A program made the translations under genes and the position numbers. Below the pieces are notes generated by a model. It saw only the letters and a program-made list of their open reading frames with translations, was not told the DNA's origin and made no database searches. Source: an uncultured Planctomycetaceae bacterium (GTDB lineage: Bacteria; Planctomycetota; Planctomycetia; Planctomycetales; Planctomycetaceae). From it: 64,000 bases of DNA. Location of the stretch: positions 224,001 through 288,000 of the forward strand of contig CAWFAK010000016.1 of assembly GCA_963813715.1 (NCBI GenBank). Direction: 5' to 3'. Positions 23,503-35,049 of the stretch are shown here, in pieces; positions within the stretch are counted from its first letter, which is position 1, and the number at the start of each line of letters is the position of its first letter.

Positions 23503-24198
23503 CTACTTCAGTTCTCGCAGCTTGATGTTCTTGAACCAGCAGGGCGAGCCGTGGTCTTGCAGGCCGATGTAGCCGTGCTTCGGGTGGTCTTTGTAGGCGA
23601 CGTCGAACTTGTGCGGGGTGCCGTTGGGTCGCACGTTGGGCGCGGTGAACTGTGAGAGGTCAATCGAATTGACCTGCTTGCCGTTGAGATCGACGGTGAT
23701 ATTCGGGCCGTCGCACTTGACCTCGATGTGGTTCCACTGGCCGGTCGGCTTGGTCGCGTCGACGAGCGCGGGCGACAAGTCATAGATCGCCCCGGTGGCG
23801 TGGTAACCCTCTTTGATCCCGTCGTCGATGGCCACCTCGATTCCGTTGTAGCCGACGTCCTTGTTCTTTCGCGGCGTGAGCGGATAGGTCCGCACGAAGA
23901 TGCCGCTATTGCACAGGGAGGAGACTTTGAAGTCGCACTTCAGCTCGAAGTTCGAGAATTCCTTGTCGTATACGAGCATATAGGCACCGCAGCGGTGCGG
24001 ATTGATCGCCTCGTGGTCGACGCCCCGGTTGCTGGGTTTGCCGTCGCTCCGCATCCAGCCGTCCAAACTTTTGCCATCGAAGAGCAGCGTCCACCCGGCA
24101 CCCTTTTCCTCGGGAGTTAGCTCGTTGTCCTGGGCACGAGCGACCTGGGTCGAGACGCAGAGCGCAATACCGAGACTGGCGGCTAGCAGGCGCGACAT
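23503..24198 (-). CDS. DUF1080 (3-keto-disaccharide hydrolase-like) protein
   Basis: GWTLLFDGKSLDGW, NSGIFVR, GYIGLQDHG, FKNIKL. Confidence 0.9.
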   Translation of the reverse strand: MSRLLAASLGIALCVSTQVARAQDNELTPEEKGAGWTLLFDGKSLDGWMRSDGKPSNRGVDHEAINPHRCGAYMLVYDKEFSNFELKCDFKVSSLCNSGIFVRTYPLTPRKNKDVGYNGIEVAIDDGIKEGYHATGAIYDLSPALVDATKPTGQWNHIEVKCDGPNITVDLNGKQVNSIDLSQFTAPNVRPNGTPHKFDVAYKDHPKHGYIGLQDHGSPCWFKNIKLRELK

Positions 24199-24322
24199 GA
24201 TCGGAACTCCCTGAATCCGGCGGAGCGAGACGGCCTTCCCACCACTGCTATCTACACATTCCGGATGCTTTGGTACAACCGTCGCGCGGACGAACGATGC
24301 CTAAAGCTCGGGGAGTCTCCCC

Positions 24323-25719
24323 ATGATCCAGCAAGCCAGTTTGCTGCCGGTCGCATTGTTTCGGGGCGCATTGTTTCAGCGCGCCTTGTTGCCCGTCGCG
24401 CTGCTATCGGTCGCGTTGCTGCCGGTGCTGTTCACGGGATGCCAAGATGCCTCTATCCCGGTGCCGGTCCTGGCGGCCGAGATCGGGGCGGCCAACACCA
24501 GCTCGACGGGTGACGACTGGCCCCGCTGGCGGGGACCCCACGGCGACGGCACCTGGAACGGCCCCAAGCTCTCCGAAAAGTGGCCGGCCGAACTCCCGCT
24601 GCGCTGGCACAAGCCGATCGGCGGCGGATATGCCGGCGTGATCGTGACCGGTAACCACGTGCTGGTGCCCGACCGCCAGACCCTCCCCTTCGAGAACGAA
24701 CGCATCGTCTGCTATGACGCGCGGACCGGCGACGTCCGCTGGACGCACTCCGACAAGCTCACCTACGGTCACCTCGACTACGGGAACGGGCCCCGCGCGG
24801 CAGTGACCGTGTTCGACGGGCTGGTTTATACGCTCGGCGCCACCGGCGTGATGAATTGTCTCGACCTGACGAGCGGCGCCGTTCGCTGGTCGGCCAACCT
24901 GGTGAGCGACTTTGAAGGGCGGATGCCGACGTGGGGCTATGCCGCGTCACCCGTCATCTTTCGGGACACAGTGATCGTTCATCCCGGCTCGGCCAAGGGT
25001 GCGAGCGTTGTGGCCCTCAATCGCCGCACGGGAAAAAAGGTCTGGGCCAGCCTGTCGGATGAGGCCACGTACGCCACACCAATCCTGATCGAGCACGGCG
25101 GCCGCGTGCAGCTGGTCTGCTGGACGCCGTCGCATATTCGCGGGCTCGATGCGGCGACCGGAGAGCCGCTGTGGGAGATTCCCTACGAAGTCACTTACGG
25201 CGTCTCGATCGCCACGCCGGTTTATCACGCGGGCATTCTTTTTGTCAGCGGCTATTGGGCGGGTGCCAAGGCGCTGCGTCTCGATGACGCCGGACGCAGA
25301 GCGACGCTGGCCTGGGAAGACGAGCGGACGCTCCGCGGACTCATGTCACAGCCGCTCTGCCGCGACGGTTATGGTTACCTGCTCGATAAGAACTTCGGTC
25401 TGACCTGCTTCGAGCTGGCGACAGGCAACAAGCTATGGACCGACGACCACCGCGTGACGCCGCGCGATTCCAATCCGCAGGCGACGCTGGTCTGGATCGG
25501 CGACGGCGATCGCGCGCTCTGCTGAACGCGGCCGGCGAGCTGATCCTGGCGCGGCTCAATCCCAAAGGCTACACCGAGATCGCCCGCAGCAAGGTGATCG
25601 GCGACACGTGGGCCCACCCGGCCTACGCCGGCCGTTTCGTCTTTGCCCGGGACGATCACGAGCTGGTCTGCCGCGAACTGCCGGTCTTGGGGCCGTCGCC
25701 GGCACGCGACCAGAAGTAG
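24323..25719 (+). CDS. PQQ-binding-like beta-propeller protein, frameshift near 25520
   Basis: DWPRWRGP, YAASP, YATP and repeated 'TG..LW'; C-terminus (LNAAGELILA..WAHPA) in ORF 25435..25719. Confidence 0.85.
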
Positions 25720-25958
25720 TCGCGGTCTACGCCGAAGGCGAACGCTGAAAGCGAATGCTGAAGACCCTCGGGGGGCTCACGCCCCCCGCTCTCAGGTGAA
25801 CCGAGCACGGCGCCGCGGCTGCTTTCCAACGCCAACGGGGCTGGCTATATTGCAAAATGTCACCCAGTGAAAAAGTCACCAAGCAGGGCAGAATATCGCA
25901 CATCTGTCGCTGACAGGCCGTTCCCTCCCGCCCCGTTTTCCACCGGAGTTTCACACCG

Positions 25959-26657
25959 ATGTCCAAGCTCTCACTTGCCGTCCGGTTCGCCGCGGCCGCC
26001 TCTCTGTTGCTCCTGTCGTCCGGCTCCCTCTTCGCGCGCGGCGGCCTGTCGAACCAGCAGTCCAAGCTACCTGAAGAAATGCACTGCAATTACCCTCCGA
26101 AGTCGGCGGCCGACAAGGACGGCTGGATTTCGCTCTTCAACGGCAAGGATCTGACGGGCTGGAAGCTCAGCGACAACAGCAAGATTCACGTCGAGGACGG
26201 CAAGATTATCTGCGAAGGCAACGCATCGCACGCCTTCACCGATTGGCAGTTCAAAAACTTCATCTTCGAGGCCGACGTGCAGACCCATCCGCACGCCAAC
26301 TCGGGCATCTACTTCCACACGCACTACCAGGCGAAGGGGTTTCCGAACACGGGCTACGAATCGCAGGTGAACGTGTCGCACCGCGACCCGGTGAAGACCG
26401 GCAGCCTCTATGAAGTCGTGAAACTTTACAAGACGCCGGCCAAGGACAACGAATGGTATAAGCAGACGATCATCGTCGAGGGCAAGCACGTCATCGTGAA
26501 GGTGAACGACGAGGTCGTCGTCGATTACACGGAGAAGCCCGAAGACGCCGCCAAGCGCCGGCAAAAGCTGAGCTGTGGCAGTTTCGCCCTGCAGGCCCAC
26601 GATCCGCGCAGCGTCACCTGGTACAAGAACATCCGCGTGAAGCCGCTGGCCGACTAG
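25959..26657 (+). CDS. DUF1080 protein
   Basis: GWISLFNGKDLTGW, ANSGIYFH, FALQAHDP, YKNIRVK. Confidence 0.9.
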   Translation: MSKLSLAVRFAAAASLLLLSSGSLFARGGLSNQQSKLPEEMHCNYPPKSAADKDGWISLFNGKDLTGWKLSDNSKIHVEDGKIICEGNASHAFTDWQFKNFIFEADVQTHPHANSGIYFHTHYQAKGFPNTGYESQVNVSHRDPVKTGSLYEVVKLYKTPAKDNEWYKQTIIVEGKHVIVKVNDEVVVDYTEKPEDAAKRRQKLSCGSFALQAHDPRSVTWYKNIRVKPLAD

Positions 26658-26680
26658 AGCGAACGCAAATCCGGCAAATC

Positions 26681-26714
26681 CGAAGCACGAATGACCCTGG
26701 TCGTTCGTGCTTCG
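26681..26714. repeat. Heptamer-derived hairpin, possible terminator between convergent genes
   Basis: CGAAGCACGAATGAC...GTCGTTCGTGCTTCG imperfect stem. Confidence 0.6.
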
Positions 26715-26718
26715 TGTT

Positions 26719-29700
26719 TTATACGGCCAGGGGTTGCTCGCGAGCCGCCCCTGATTCCCGGCGGCGAAACATCCGCGTGTTAAAGACCAGGTAGAGCACG
26801 CGCAGTACGAGCAGCGACATCACCATCGCTCCGATCACGCCGCCGATGACCACCGTCGCCAGCGGCCGCTGGACTTCCGCCCCCACCCCATCGCTCAGCG
26901 CCATCGGCAGGAAGCCGAGGCTGGCGACCAGCGTCGTCATCAGCACGGGGCGAAGACGCGTGATGGCGGCCTGCGTCACCGCCTCATCGAGGGACAGGCC
27001 GGTCTTCCGCAGCTGCCTTACGCATGACACCAGAATCATGTCGTCGAGCACGGCCACGCCAGACATCGCAATGAAGCCGACGGCTGCCGAAATCGAAAAC
27101 GGCATGTCGCGGAGCCACAGTGCGAAGATGCCACCCACCCAGGCGAACGGAATGCCGGTGAACACGCGGAGCGCGTCGAGCAGGTTGCCGTAGGTCAAAT
27201 AGAGAAGCCCGAAGATCGAGATCAGCACCACCGGCACGACAATCGCCAACCGGAGCTGCGCTCGCTCCAGGTTCTCGAATTGTCCGCCGAATTCGAGGCG
27301 ATAGCGTCCGGCGGGAAGCGAGACCTTTTCCGCCAGCTCGCGCCGTGCTTGGGCGACGAAGCTGCCCAGGTCGCGGCCGCGGACGTTGGCGGTCACCGTC
27401 AAGCGGCGTTGTCCCCATTCCCGCGTGATCGTCGACGGCCCGCTGACCGTCTCGACCTTCGCCAGCCGCGAGAGGGGAATGCGTTCGCCGCTGGGCGTGG
27501 AAATCAGCAGCGACCCGATCGCTTCCGGGCTTTCACGGTAAGCGTCGACGAGCCGCGCGGCCAGAGGAAAGCGGAGTTGCCCCTCCACCACCTCACCCAG
27601 CGGCTTGGCCCCCACGGATTCGATCACGTCGAGCACGGCCTTGGCCGAGATCCCGTACCGCGCCACCTGGTCCTGATCGATCCGGATCTGCAGCATCGGC
27701 TGACCGGTGAGCGGTTCGGCCGCTACGTCGGCCGCGCCGGGTATGCTTCGCAGCACGGCCTCGATCTCGGCCGCTTTCTTGACGAGAACGTCGAAGTCGT
27801 CGCCGAAGAGCTTCACGCCCAGGTCGGCGCGGACGCCGGAAACCATTTCGTTCATCCGCATCTCGATCGGCTGCGAATAAGCCAGCCGCTGGCCGGGCAT
27901 GTCGCGGAGCGTTTTGTCGAGCATCTCCGTGAACTCGGCCTGCGTGCGGGCCTTTTTCCACACGGTCCGCGGCTTGAGGGTGATGAAGATGTCGGTCAGC
28001 TCGACCCCCATCGGGTCGGTGGCGATCTCGGCCGTGCCGACTCGACTCCAGACGTGTTCCACTTCGTCGGGGAACTCGGCCAGGATCGCTCGTTCGATCT
28101 GCGTGTTGTAGCGGATCGACTCGTCGAGATCGGTGCCGGCGAGACGCACGACGCCGATGGCGATCGCCCCTTCCGACAGCCGGGGCACGAACTCGGATCC
28201 CAGATTCGGCGCGATCATGCCGAAGGCCACGATCAGCACGCAGGCGGCCAGGCCGATCACCGCCGGCTTGTGCGTCATGGCGAACCGCAGCACCGGGTAG
28301 TGGATCGCATGGGCCACCCGCATCAGCCACGGCTCGCGCTCGGCGGGCCGCTTGGGAAGCAGAAAGCTCGCCAGCACCGGCATCAGCGTCAGCGAGAGGA
28401 CCATCGAGCCGGCCAGGGCGAAGATCACGGTCAGTGCCATCGGCCGAAACAGCTTTCCCTCGATCCCCTCCAGCGTGAGGATCGGCAGGTAGACGATCAT
28501 GATGATCAATTCGCCGAACATCGTCGGCCGGCGAACTTCGACGGCCGCGTCGCGAATGATCTCGAGCCGGCTTTTTCCGGCGGCGTCCGGCGCGGCCAGG
28601 TGGCGCACGCAGTTCTCGACCATCACCACCGAGCTGTCGACGACCAGTGCCGAAGTCGATCGCCCCCAGGCTCAGCAGGCTGGCGGCGATCCCGAACCGC
28701 AGCATGCCGCTGAAGGCGAACAGCATCGACAGCGGGATGGCCAGGGCCACGATCAGCGCGGCCCGCAGGTTGCCCAGGAAGGCGAACAGCACGGCGACGA
28801 CCAGCAGTCCGCCCTCGAACAGGTTCTTGCGCACCGTCTCGATGACGAAATCGACCAGCTCGGTGCGATCGTAAACGGGGACTACCTTCACGTTGGCCGG
28901 GAGGTGCGTCTCGATCGATTTCAAGCGGTCCTTGAGCGCCCAGGTGACGGTGTGGCTGTTCTCGCCCATGAGCATGAAGCCCAGTCCGAGCACCGCCTCG
29001 CCCGCGTCCGTCGGCGGTCACCGCGCCGCGGCGAATTTCGTGACCGATCGGCCACGTCGGCCACGTCTCCCACGCGGATTGGCACGCCCGCCTTCGCTTT
29101 GACCACGATCTGCCGCAGCGAGTCGACACCGGTGGTGCGGCCCAAGCCTTGGACGAGCAGCAAGCCCCCTTCCCGGTTGATGCTGCCGCCGCCGACGTTG
29201 GCATTGTTCTTCTGGACCGCGTCGATGACCTCGTCGAGGGTCAGGTCGTGCTTGATCAGCCGCTCGGGATCGATGCGGATCTGGTACTGCTTCTCGATAG
29301 CCGCCCCAGCTGTTGATCTCAGCCACGCCCGGCACCGTCCGCAGCGCGGGCCGGATGACCCAGTCGTGCACGGTGCGGAGCTCGCTGGGGCTGCCGCCGG
29401 CGCCGGTCACGACGTAATGAAAGACTTCGCCCAGCCCGGTGGCAACGGGCCCCATCTTCGGCCGGGCGACCGCGGCCGGCAGGTCGACCGATCCCAAGCG
29501 CTCGTTGATCAGCTGGCGGGCGAAATAGATGTCGGTGCCGTCGTCGAACGTGGCCACGACCTGCGAGAAACCGAACTTCGACACGGAGCGGAGCTGTTCC
29601 AGCCCCGGGAAGGCCGCCCAGTCCCTGCTCGATCGGGAAAGTGATTTGCCGCTCGACCTCTTCGGGACCGAGGGCCGGCGCGATCGTGTTGATCTGCACC

Positions 29701-29840
29701 TGCACGGGCGTCGTGTCGGGGAAGGCGTCGACGTCGAGCCGTGTCAGCGAGACGACGCCGGCCGCCGCGGCCGCCGCCACCGCCAGCAGCACCAGCACGC
29801 GGTGCCGCAGTGAGAAATCGATAACGCGGCTCAAGAACAT
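26719..29840 (-). CDS. CusA/CzcA-family heavy-metal RND efflux pump, about five frameshifts
   Basis: DAFPDTTPVQVQINT, SLGAIDFG, VMVEN, RLRPVLMT, GAEVQRPLATVVIGG spread over consecutive frames. Confidence 0.9.
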
Positions 29841-30014
29841 GTCGAGTCCAGTCGGGTCAGGCGACTACTCGCGTTCACTCCCCCAATCGTAGTTGAGCGC
29901 CGAAAATGTGCCTAGCCCCTGTTTTCACGCGGTGACGTTGGCCGATCGCTCATCCCGGGAAGAAACGGCCGGCATCGATTACCATGAGCACGACCCCCCC
30001 GAGAGGATGAATCC

Positions 30015-31211
30015 ATGTCGAGGCAATCGCAGGTCCTCACTGATCTGACGGAAGAAATCTGGTTCGACGCTTTCGAGTTGCGCGGATCGGCCGAGCTCAA
30101 ACTGCCCGGCGCTCGCGAATGGGCGATTCGCAAGCGGACACTGCGAGGCGGCCCGTCGGACCACGTGGACGTTGTCGATTTGGATAACGGACTACTCTCC
30201 GTCTCCATCGTGCCGACGCGTGGCATGGGTTTGTGGCGCGGCCGCTTCGCGAACCTGGAGATCGGCTGGAACTCACCGGTAAAGCGGCCGGTGAATCCGT
30301 CGTTCATCGACCTGCACGACCGTAACGGATTGGGGTGGCTGGCCGGATTTAACGAGCTCATGTGCCGTTGCGGACTGTCGTCAAACGGGCCGCCGGGCGT
30401 CGACGTGGTCGAGGCGGCGGGCAAACGCAACGAAACGCCCCTCACCTTGCACGGCAAGATTGCCAATACGCCCGCGCATCGGGTCGAGCTCGCGGCCGAT
30501 TCGGCAGGCAACGGAATGCTCAGTGTCCGCGGCGAAGTGGACGAAGCGTCGATGTTCGGCACCGGACTTCGCCTCGTGACGACTTATGAGACCGCCCCCG
30601 GATCGAATCGCCTGACCATCCGCGACGAGGTTCGTAACCTGTCCGGACGGCCGCTCGAGATGCAGTTGCTGTATCACACGAATTTCGGACCCCCATTCCT
30701 CGATGCCGGGGCCAAATTGGTGCTACCCGTCCGCCAGGCGGCCCCTCGCGATCCCCGCGCGGCCGAAGACTCCAAGACCTGGCAAACCTATCGCGGTCCG
30801 ACGGCCGGCTACACCGAGCAGTGTTATTACGCCGAGCTGATCGGTGACGATCACGAGCAGACGACCGTCCTCTTGCGAAACGGGGCGGGCGACCGCGGCA
30901 TCAGCGTCGAGTATGGCATTCGCTCGCTGCCGTGCTTCACCGTCTGGAAGTGCACGCAGTCCGAGGCCGACGGCTACGTGACCGGCCTGGAGCCAGCCAC
31001 CAATTATCCCAACCTCAAGACCTTCGAGCGCAAGCACGGCCGCGTGATCACGCTTGCTCCCGGACAGACCTACGCCACGCAACTCGCGTTGTCGGTCCAC
31101 CCGACGGCGGCCGACGTTGCCGCGGTCGAGAAGCGAATCACCGACCTCCAGAACCGGGCCCACGCCATCGTGCACGATCAGCCGTTGGCCACGTTTTCGC
31201 CGACGACCTGA
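30015..31211 (+). CDS. Aldose 1-epimerase-like (DUF4432) protein
   Basis: PTRGMG, LHGKIAN, LYHTNFG, YVTGLEP. Confidence 0.88.
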   Translation: MSRQSQVLTDLTEEIWFDAFELRGSAELKLPGAREWAIRKRTLRGGPSDHVDVVDLDNGLLSVSIVPTRGMGLWRGRFANLEIGWNSPVKRPVNPSFIDLHDRNGLGWLAGFNELMCRCGLSSNGPPGVDVVEAAGKRNETPLTLHGKIANTPAHRVELAADSAGNGMLSVRGEVDEASMFGTGLRLVTTYETAPGSNRLTIRDEVRNLSGRPLEMQLLYHTNFGPPFLDAGAKLVLPVRQAAPRDPRAAEDSKTWQTYRGPTAGYTEQCYYAELIGDDHEQTTVLLRNGAGDRGISVEYGIRSLPCFTVWKCTQSEADGYVTGLEPATNYPNLKTFERKHGRVITLAPGQTYATQLALSVHPTAADVAAVEKRITDLQNRAHAIVHDQPLATFSPTT

Positions 31212-31251
31212 TCGCCGTGACGGATCAGGTGAGGGCGGGGCGCGGAATCGC

Positions 31252-31296
31252 TTGACATCGGAGACAACTTGTCTACACTAGATAGACACGGTGTCT
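31252..31296 (+). promoter_or_regulatory. blaI-like promoter with two palindromic operators
   Basis: TTGACA-16 nt-TACACT; AGACAACTTGTCT (31262-31274) and AGACACGGTGTCT (31284-31296). Confidence 0.8.
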
Positions 31297-31352
31297 GCTT
31301 GCGGTGAGGATTTGCTCTCGCCAAGCGACGCGAACCAAAGGCTGCTCGGACG

Positions 31353-31739
31353 ATGGCGAAATCTGCTCCCCATGTGACGGATGCCGAGTTCGCGGTGCTC
31401 GCCGCTCTGTGGGACGATGCGGATCGCAGCGCCCGCGAGCTGACGGAGCGGCTGTATCCCACGTGCACGCCGGCCGAAGTGGCGACGGTGCAGAAACTCG
31501 TGCAGAGACTCGAAAAGAAGGGCCTTGTCCGCCGCGATCGCTCAGAGCGCGTGCACCGTTTTTCAGCGGTTCTTCCCCGGACGCAGTTCGCCGGTCAGCA
31601 ACTTTCCCAGTTGGCTGAAAAGCTCTCGGGCGGATCGTTGACGCCCCTGCTCGTGCATCTCGTCGAGAACAATCGGCTCAGCCGCCGCGAGCTGGATGAG
31701 CTGCGTGCGTTGCTTGCCTCTCGCAAAAAGCCAAATTGA
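31353..31739 (+). CDS. BlaI/MecI/CopY-family repressor
   Basis: TDAEFAVLAALWD, TVQKLVQRLEKKG, GGSLTPLLVHL. Confidence 0.92.
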   Translation: MAKSAPHVTDAEFAVLAALWDDADRSARELTERLYPTCTPAEVATVQKLVQRLEKKGLVRRDRSERVHRFSAVLPRTQFAGQQLSQLAEKLSGGSLTPLLVHLVENNRLSRRELDELRALLASRKKPN

Positions 31740-31756
31740 CCGAACGCGAGGTCGAC

Positions 31757-34287
31757 ATGGGAGCGCTCATTCAGTTCGGGCTCGCAAACGCGGGAGCGGC
31801 GGCGTTGCTGGCGATGTGTGTCGCACTCATCACGCGAGTCTGGCGGAATCCGCACCTTGCCCACGCGCTGTGGCTGATCGTGCTCCTGAGACTGGTCGCC
31901 CCGCCGCTGTTCCGGATCCCGGTTTCCTCTCCCGATTGGCTCGCACAGCGAACGCCGGCGGTTCAACCACAAACCGCGAATGAGGGCGAGCTTTCCGTTC
32001 CGCATCCTGTTGTGAACGAACGCGGAGCCGCGAATGTGACACGCGCCCCGGACCTAACTCTCACGGCGAAATACGCTGCACCCGATACGTCGGTACGTTC
32101 AAGCGGGCGACGACTTGAGCCGGTCACGCCCACGCTCGCACCTTCAAACGCTGTGTCCTCTATCCCGTCGGCGGCCTCCACCGTGACACCGATTCATTTG
32201 ATGGATGGGTTGGCTTATCTGATGGATGCGTTAGCCGCCATCTGGATCGCGGGCACTTTTCTCTACGTTGCTGTCACCGCAGTCCGGGTGAGGCGGTTTG
32301 CACGGGCAGCGCGACGATCCCAATCTCCCGCCCCGAACTGGCTCAAAGATGAGATTGTCGACATTGCGAAGAGAATCCGCTTACGACGGGCACCGCGACT
32401 GATGGTCATCGAAGGGGCGGTGCCGCCGATGGTCTGGTCCGGCTGGCGGCCTACGCTCTTGCTGCCGCGAGCAATTGTCCAGTCGATCGACCCCTCGCAG
32501 CGTCGACTGCTCCTGCTGCACGAACTGTTGCATCTCCGTCGCGGCGATCATCTCGTCCGCTGGTTCGCAGTCGGGGTCCTGGCCCTTTACTGGTGGAACC
32601 CGGCCGCCTGGTGGGCCGTTCGTCGGCTGCAGAACGCGGAAGAAGAATGCTGCGACGCGAACGTCCTTTTCTTCGACCCGCACCAATTCGAGACCTACGG
32701 CGAAGCTCTGCTGGCGGTGTCTGAATTCGTCTCCTGCGGTTCTCTGCCCGCGGCGGCCGTCTCGGTGGGCGTCGAGCGCAAAAATCATCTGAAGTGGAGA
32801 ATGACCATGATTCTCAAGGGGTCGCGATGGGCTAAATTGACAAAGGCTCAATTGGCTGCCGTGCTCGCTTCAGCAGTCATTATCGTCACAGTCTCGTTGA
32901 CATTTGCGACGGGTCAAACTGGGCCCGCGAGCGAAAACGATTCGAGAGCCCAAGCTCCGCCGTCAACATCTCGGGCGACATCGGGGCAGCCCAGCGAGGC
33001 CGCCTGGAATCCTGCCACGGCGGCCAAAAACTCCAAGCTCGAGCCGGCGAAACGGCCCCGGGGAGTCGAGACGAAGCGTCCGGCCGACCAGCTCGCTGCC
33101 TGGCTGACTGCCAAACCGTTGGAAGCGGCCTCTGGCGATGACGAATTACACAAGCTGCTCAAGGATCGCTACAACTCGGCCCTCGAGTCGCTGCAAGGCC
33201 ACGTTGCAAGGACCAGAGTCGATCCCGCGGTGGCGCTGACGCCGGTGATCGCCGCGGCCCGCACGCTGCTCGAAGCCGAACTTGCGATTACATCACCAAA
33301 GAACACAGTAGGTGTCTATGAGCGCAATTTGGAATTCATGAGGAATTTTGACGACCTCGTCGAGAAGAGGTGGAAAACCGGCAACATTGGCTTCGACGAG
33401 GTCAACGCCGTGCGTGCCGCGAGGCTGGGTGCCCAGATCAAGCTGCGAGACTTCGTCGCTTCCACGGACAACACGCGGCCACGCTCGGCTGGATTGCCTG
33501 CCCCGACGAATCCGCAGCCAGCAGGGCACGCTGGGACGACCGCGTCGGAACCGGACTTGGTGAAGGCCAAATCGCTCGAGCCGGCGCCGGGGGACAGCGA
33601 GCTGCAGAAGCTGCTGAAAGAGAGATACAACGCCGCCTTAAGTTACCTGCGACGAAGTTATCGCCGCTTCCATGCGATGGAGTGGACGCCAGAGAGCGCT
33701 TTGGATGCGGGGCGGCGAGTTGTCGATGCGGAACTGGCTTTCAGCGCTGCACCGGCTGCCGAGATCGGCGTGCGCGAGCGTTATTTGGAATTCGCCAAAT
33801 TGGTCGACTCTCAGGCTCAGAAAATGGCGGCGACCGGCCAGATGCGGCAGGAGGATGCCGATGCGGCGCACGAAGCGCGGCTGGACGCCGAAATCAAGTT
33901 GATGCAGGCGAGAGCAATTTCTCCGCCGCGGCCACGGCGAACCGGGGCATTCGTCCAATCACTGGAAATCCGCGTGCGAATCGCAGAAGCGGAGCTGAAC
34001 GCAGTTCGTGCTGTCGTGGAGCAGAGTCAAGCCGAAATGAAGCGCGCGATGGCGAACCTCGAATACCGGCGGATACAGCTCGATCGCCTGCAGAAATTAC
34101 AGAAACAAAAGGCGATCGGCAGGATCTCGTTGATGAAGCCAAACACGCGTGTGATGAGGCGACAGCGAGCGTAGATGTGGCAAATGCGTCGATCGAGGCG
34201 GCCAAGGCGCAGGTCGCGATCAAGGATGGCCAATTGGAACAGGCGAAACTGGAACGCGAAAAGGCAAAGGCAGCCGAGGGTAAGTAG
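31757..34287 (+). CDS. BlaR1-like M56 peptidase with repeated helical C-terminal region, frameshift near 34120
   Basis: HELLHLRRGDH, WWNP, EECCD motifs; tail continues in ORF ..34287. Confidence 0.88.
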
Positions 34288-34375
34288 AATCGGCGACAAC
34301 CAGCCGCTGGGACTGCGAGCCGAGACTCGGTGTCCTCGGGCACTCGAGCGGCCCTATCATCCCGACCGCACTCGA

Positions 34376-34976
34376 ATGCCAACTCTCAAAGGCGCCCTGC
34401 ACACTCACACCACTTGCTCCGACGGCCAGCTCGAGCCGGAGGAGCTCGTGCGAGTTTATCGGGAGCTGGGCTTTCAGTTCGTGGCCATCACCGATCACGA
34501 TCACCTCTTGCGTCGCGACTATTGGGACCGCCTGCCGACGGGCGATGCCGACTTTCTGGTCTTCAAGGGGGTCGAGCTGACGGTCTTCGAGCGGGGCTAC
34601 GTGCACGTGGGCGAAATTCGTGGCGACAGCGAAACGCTGCGAATCTTCAATCACCCGTCGATTTACAACATGTCGGTCGAAAAAGTGATCGACGTGTTGG
34701 CCGCGATCGACAAACGCCTCGCGATCGATTGCGTCGAGGTCACGCACCACGGCCGCTACACGCCGCAATTCGACATCCCCGAGCTTCGCCTATCCCAAGA
34801 TCGTCTCCGACGACGCCCATTCGCGCGAAATGTGCGGCCGCGCCTGGGTCACGGTCGACTGTACGCTCGAGAAGGACACGATCCTGCGCGAAATCCGTGC
34901 AGGCCGGGCGACGAATTGGCTGCAAGGCAAGAGTCTGGGTGCTGCGGCCGCGTCGGTCGACGAAGCCGTCGATTGA
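34376..34976 (+). CDS. PHP-domain metallophosphoesterase, frameshift near 34790
   Basis: LHTHTTCSDG, AITDHD, NHP; SDDAH follows in another frame ending at TGA 34976. Confidence 0.85.
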
Positions 34977-35049
34977 CTCGCTCGGCCGCCGTATGTTCCA
35001 CTGGACCACCACGTCGGCCGCTCTGAGTTTCGAGACGAACTGAATCCCC

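Noticed and set aside
29841..30014. NiCo/metal riboswitch upstream of czcA
   Set aside because: No four-way junction or terminator is recognisable
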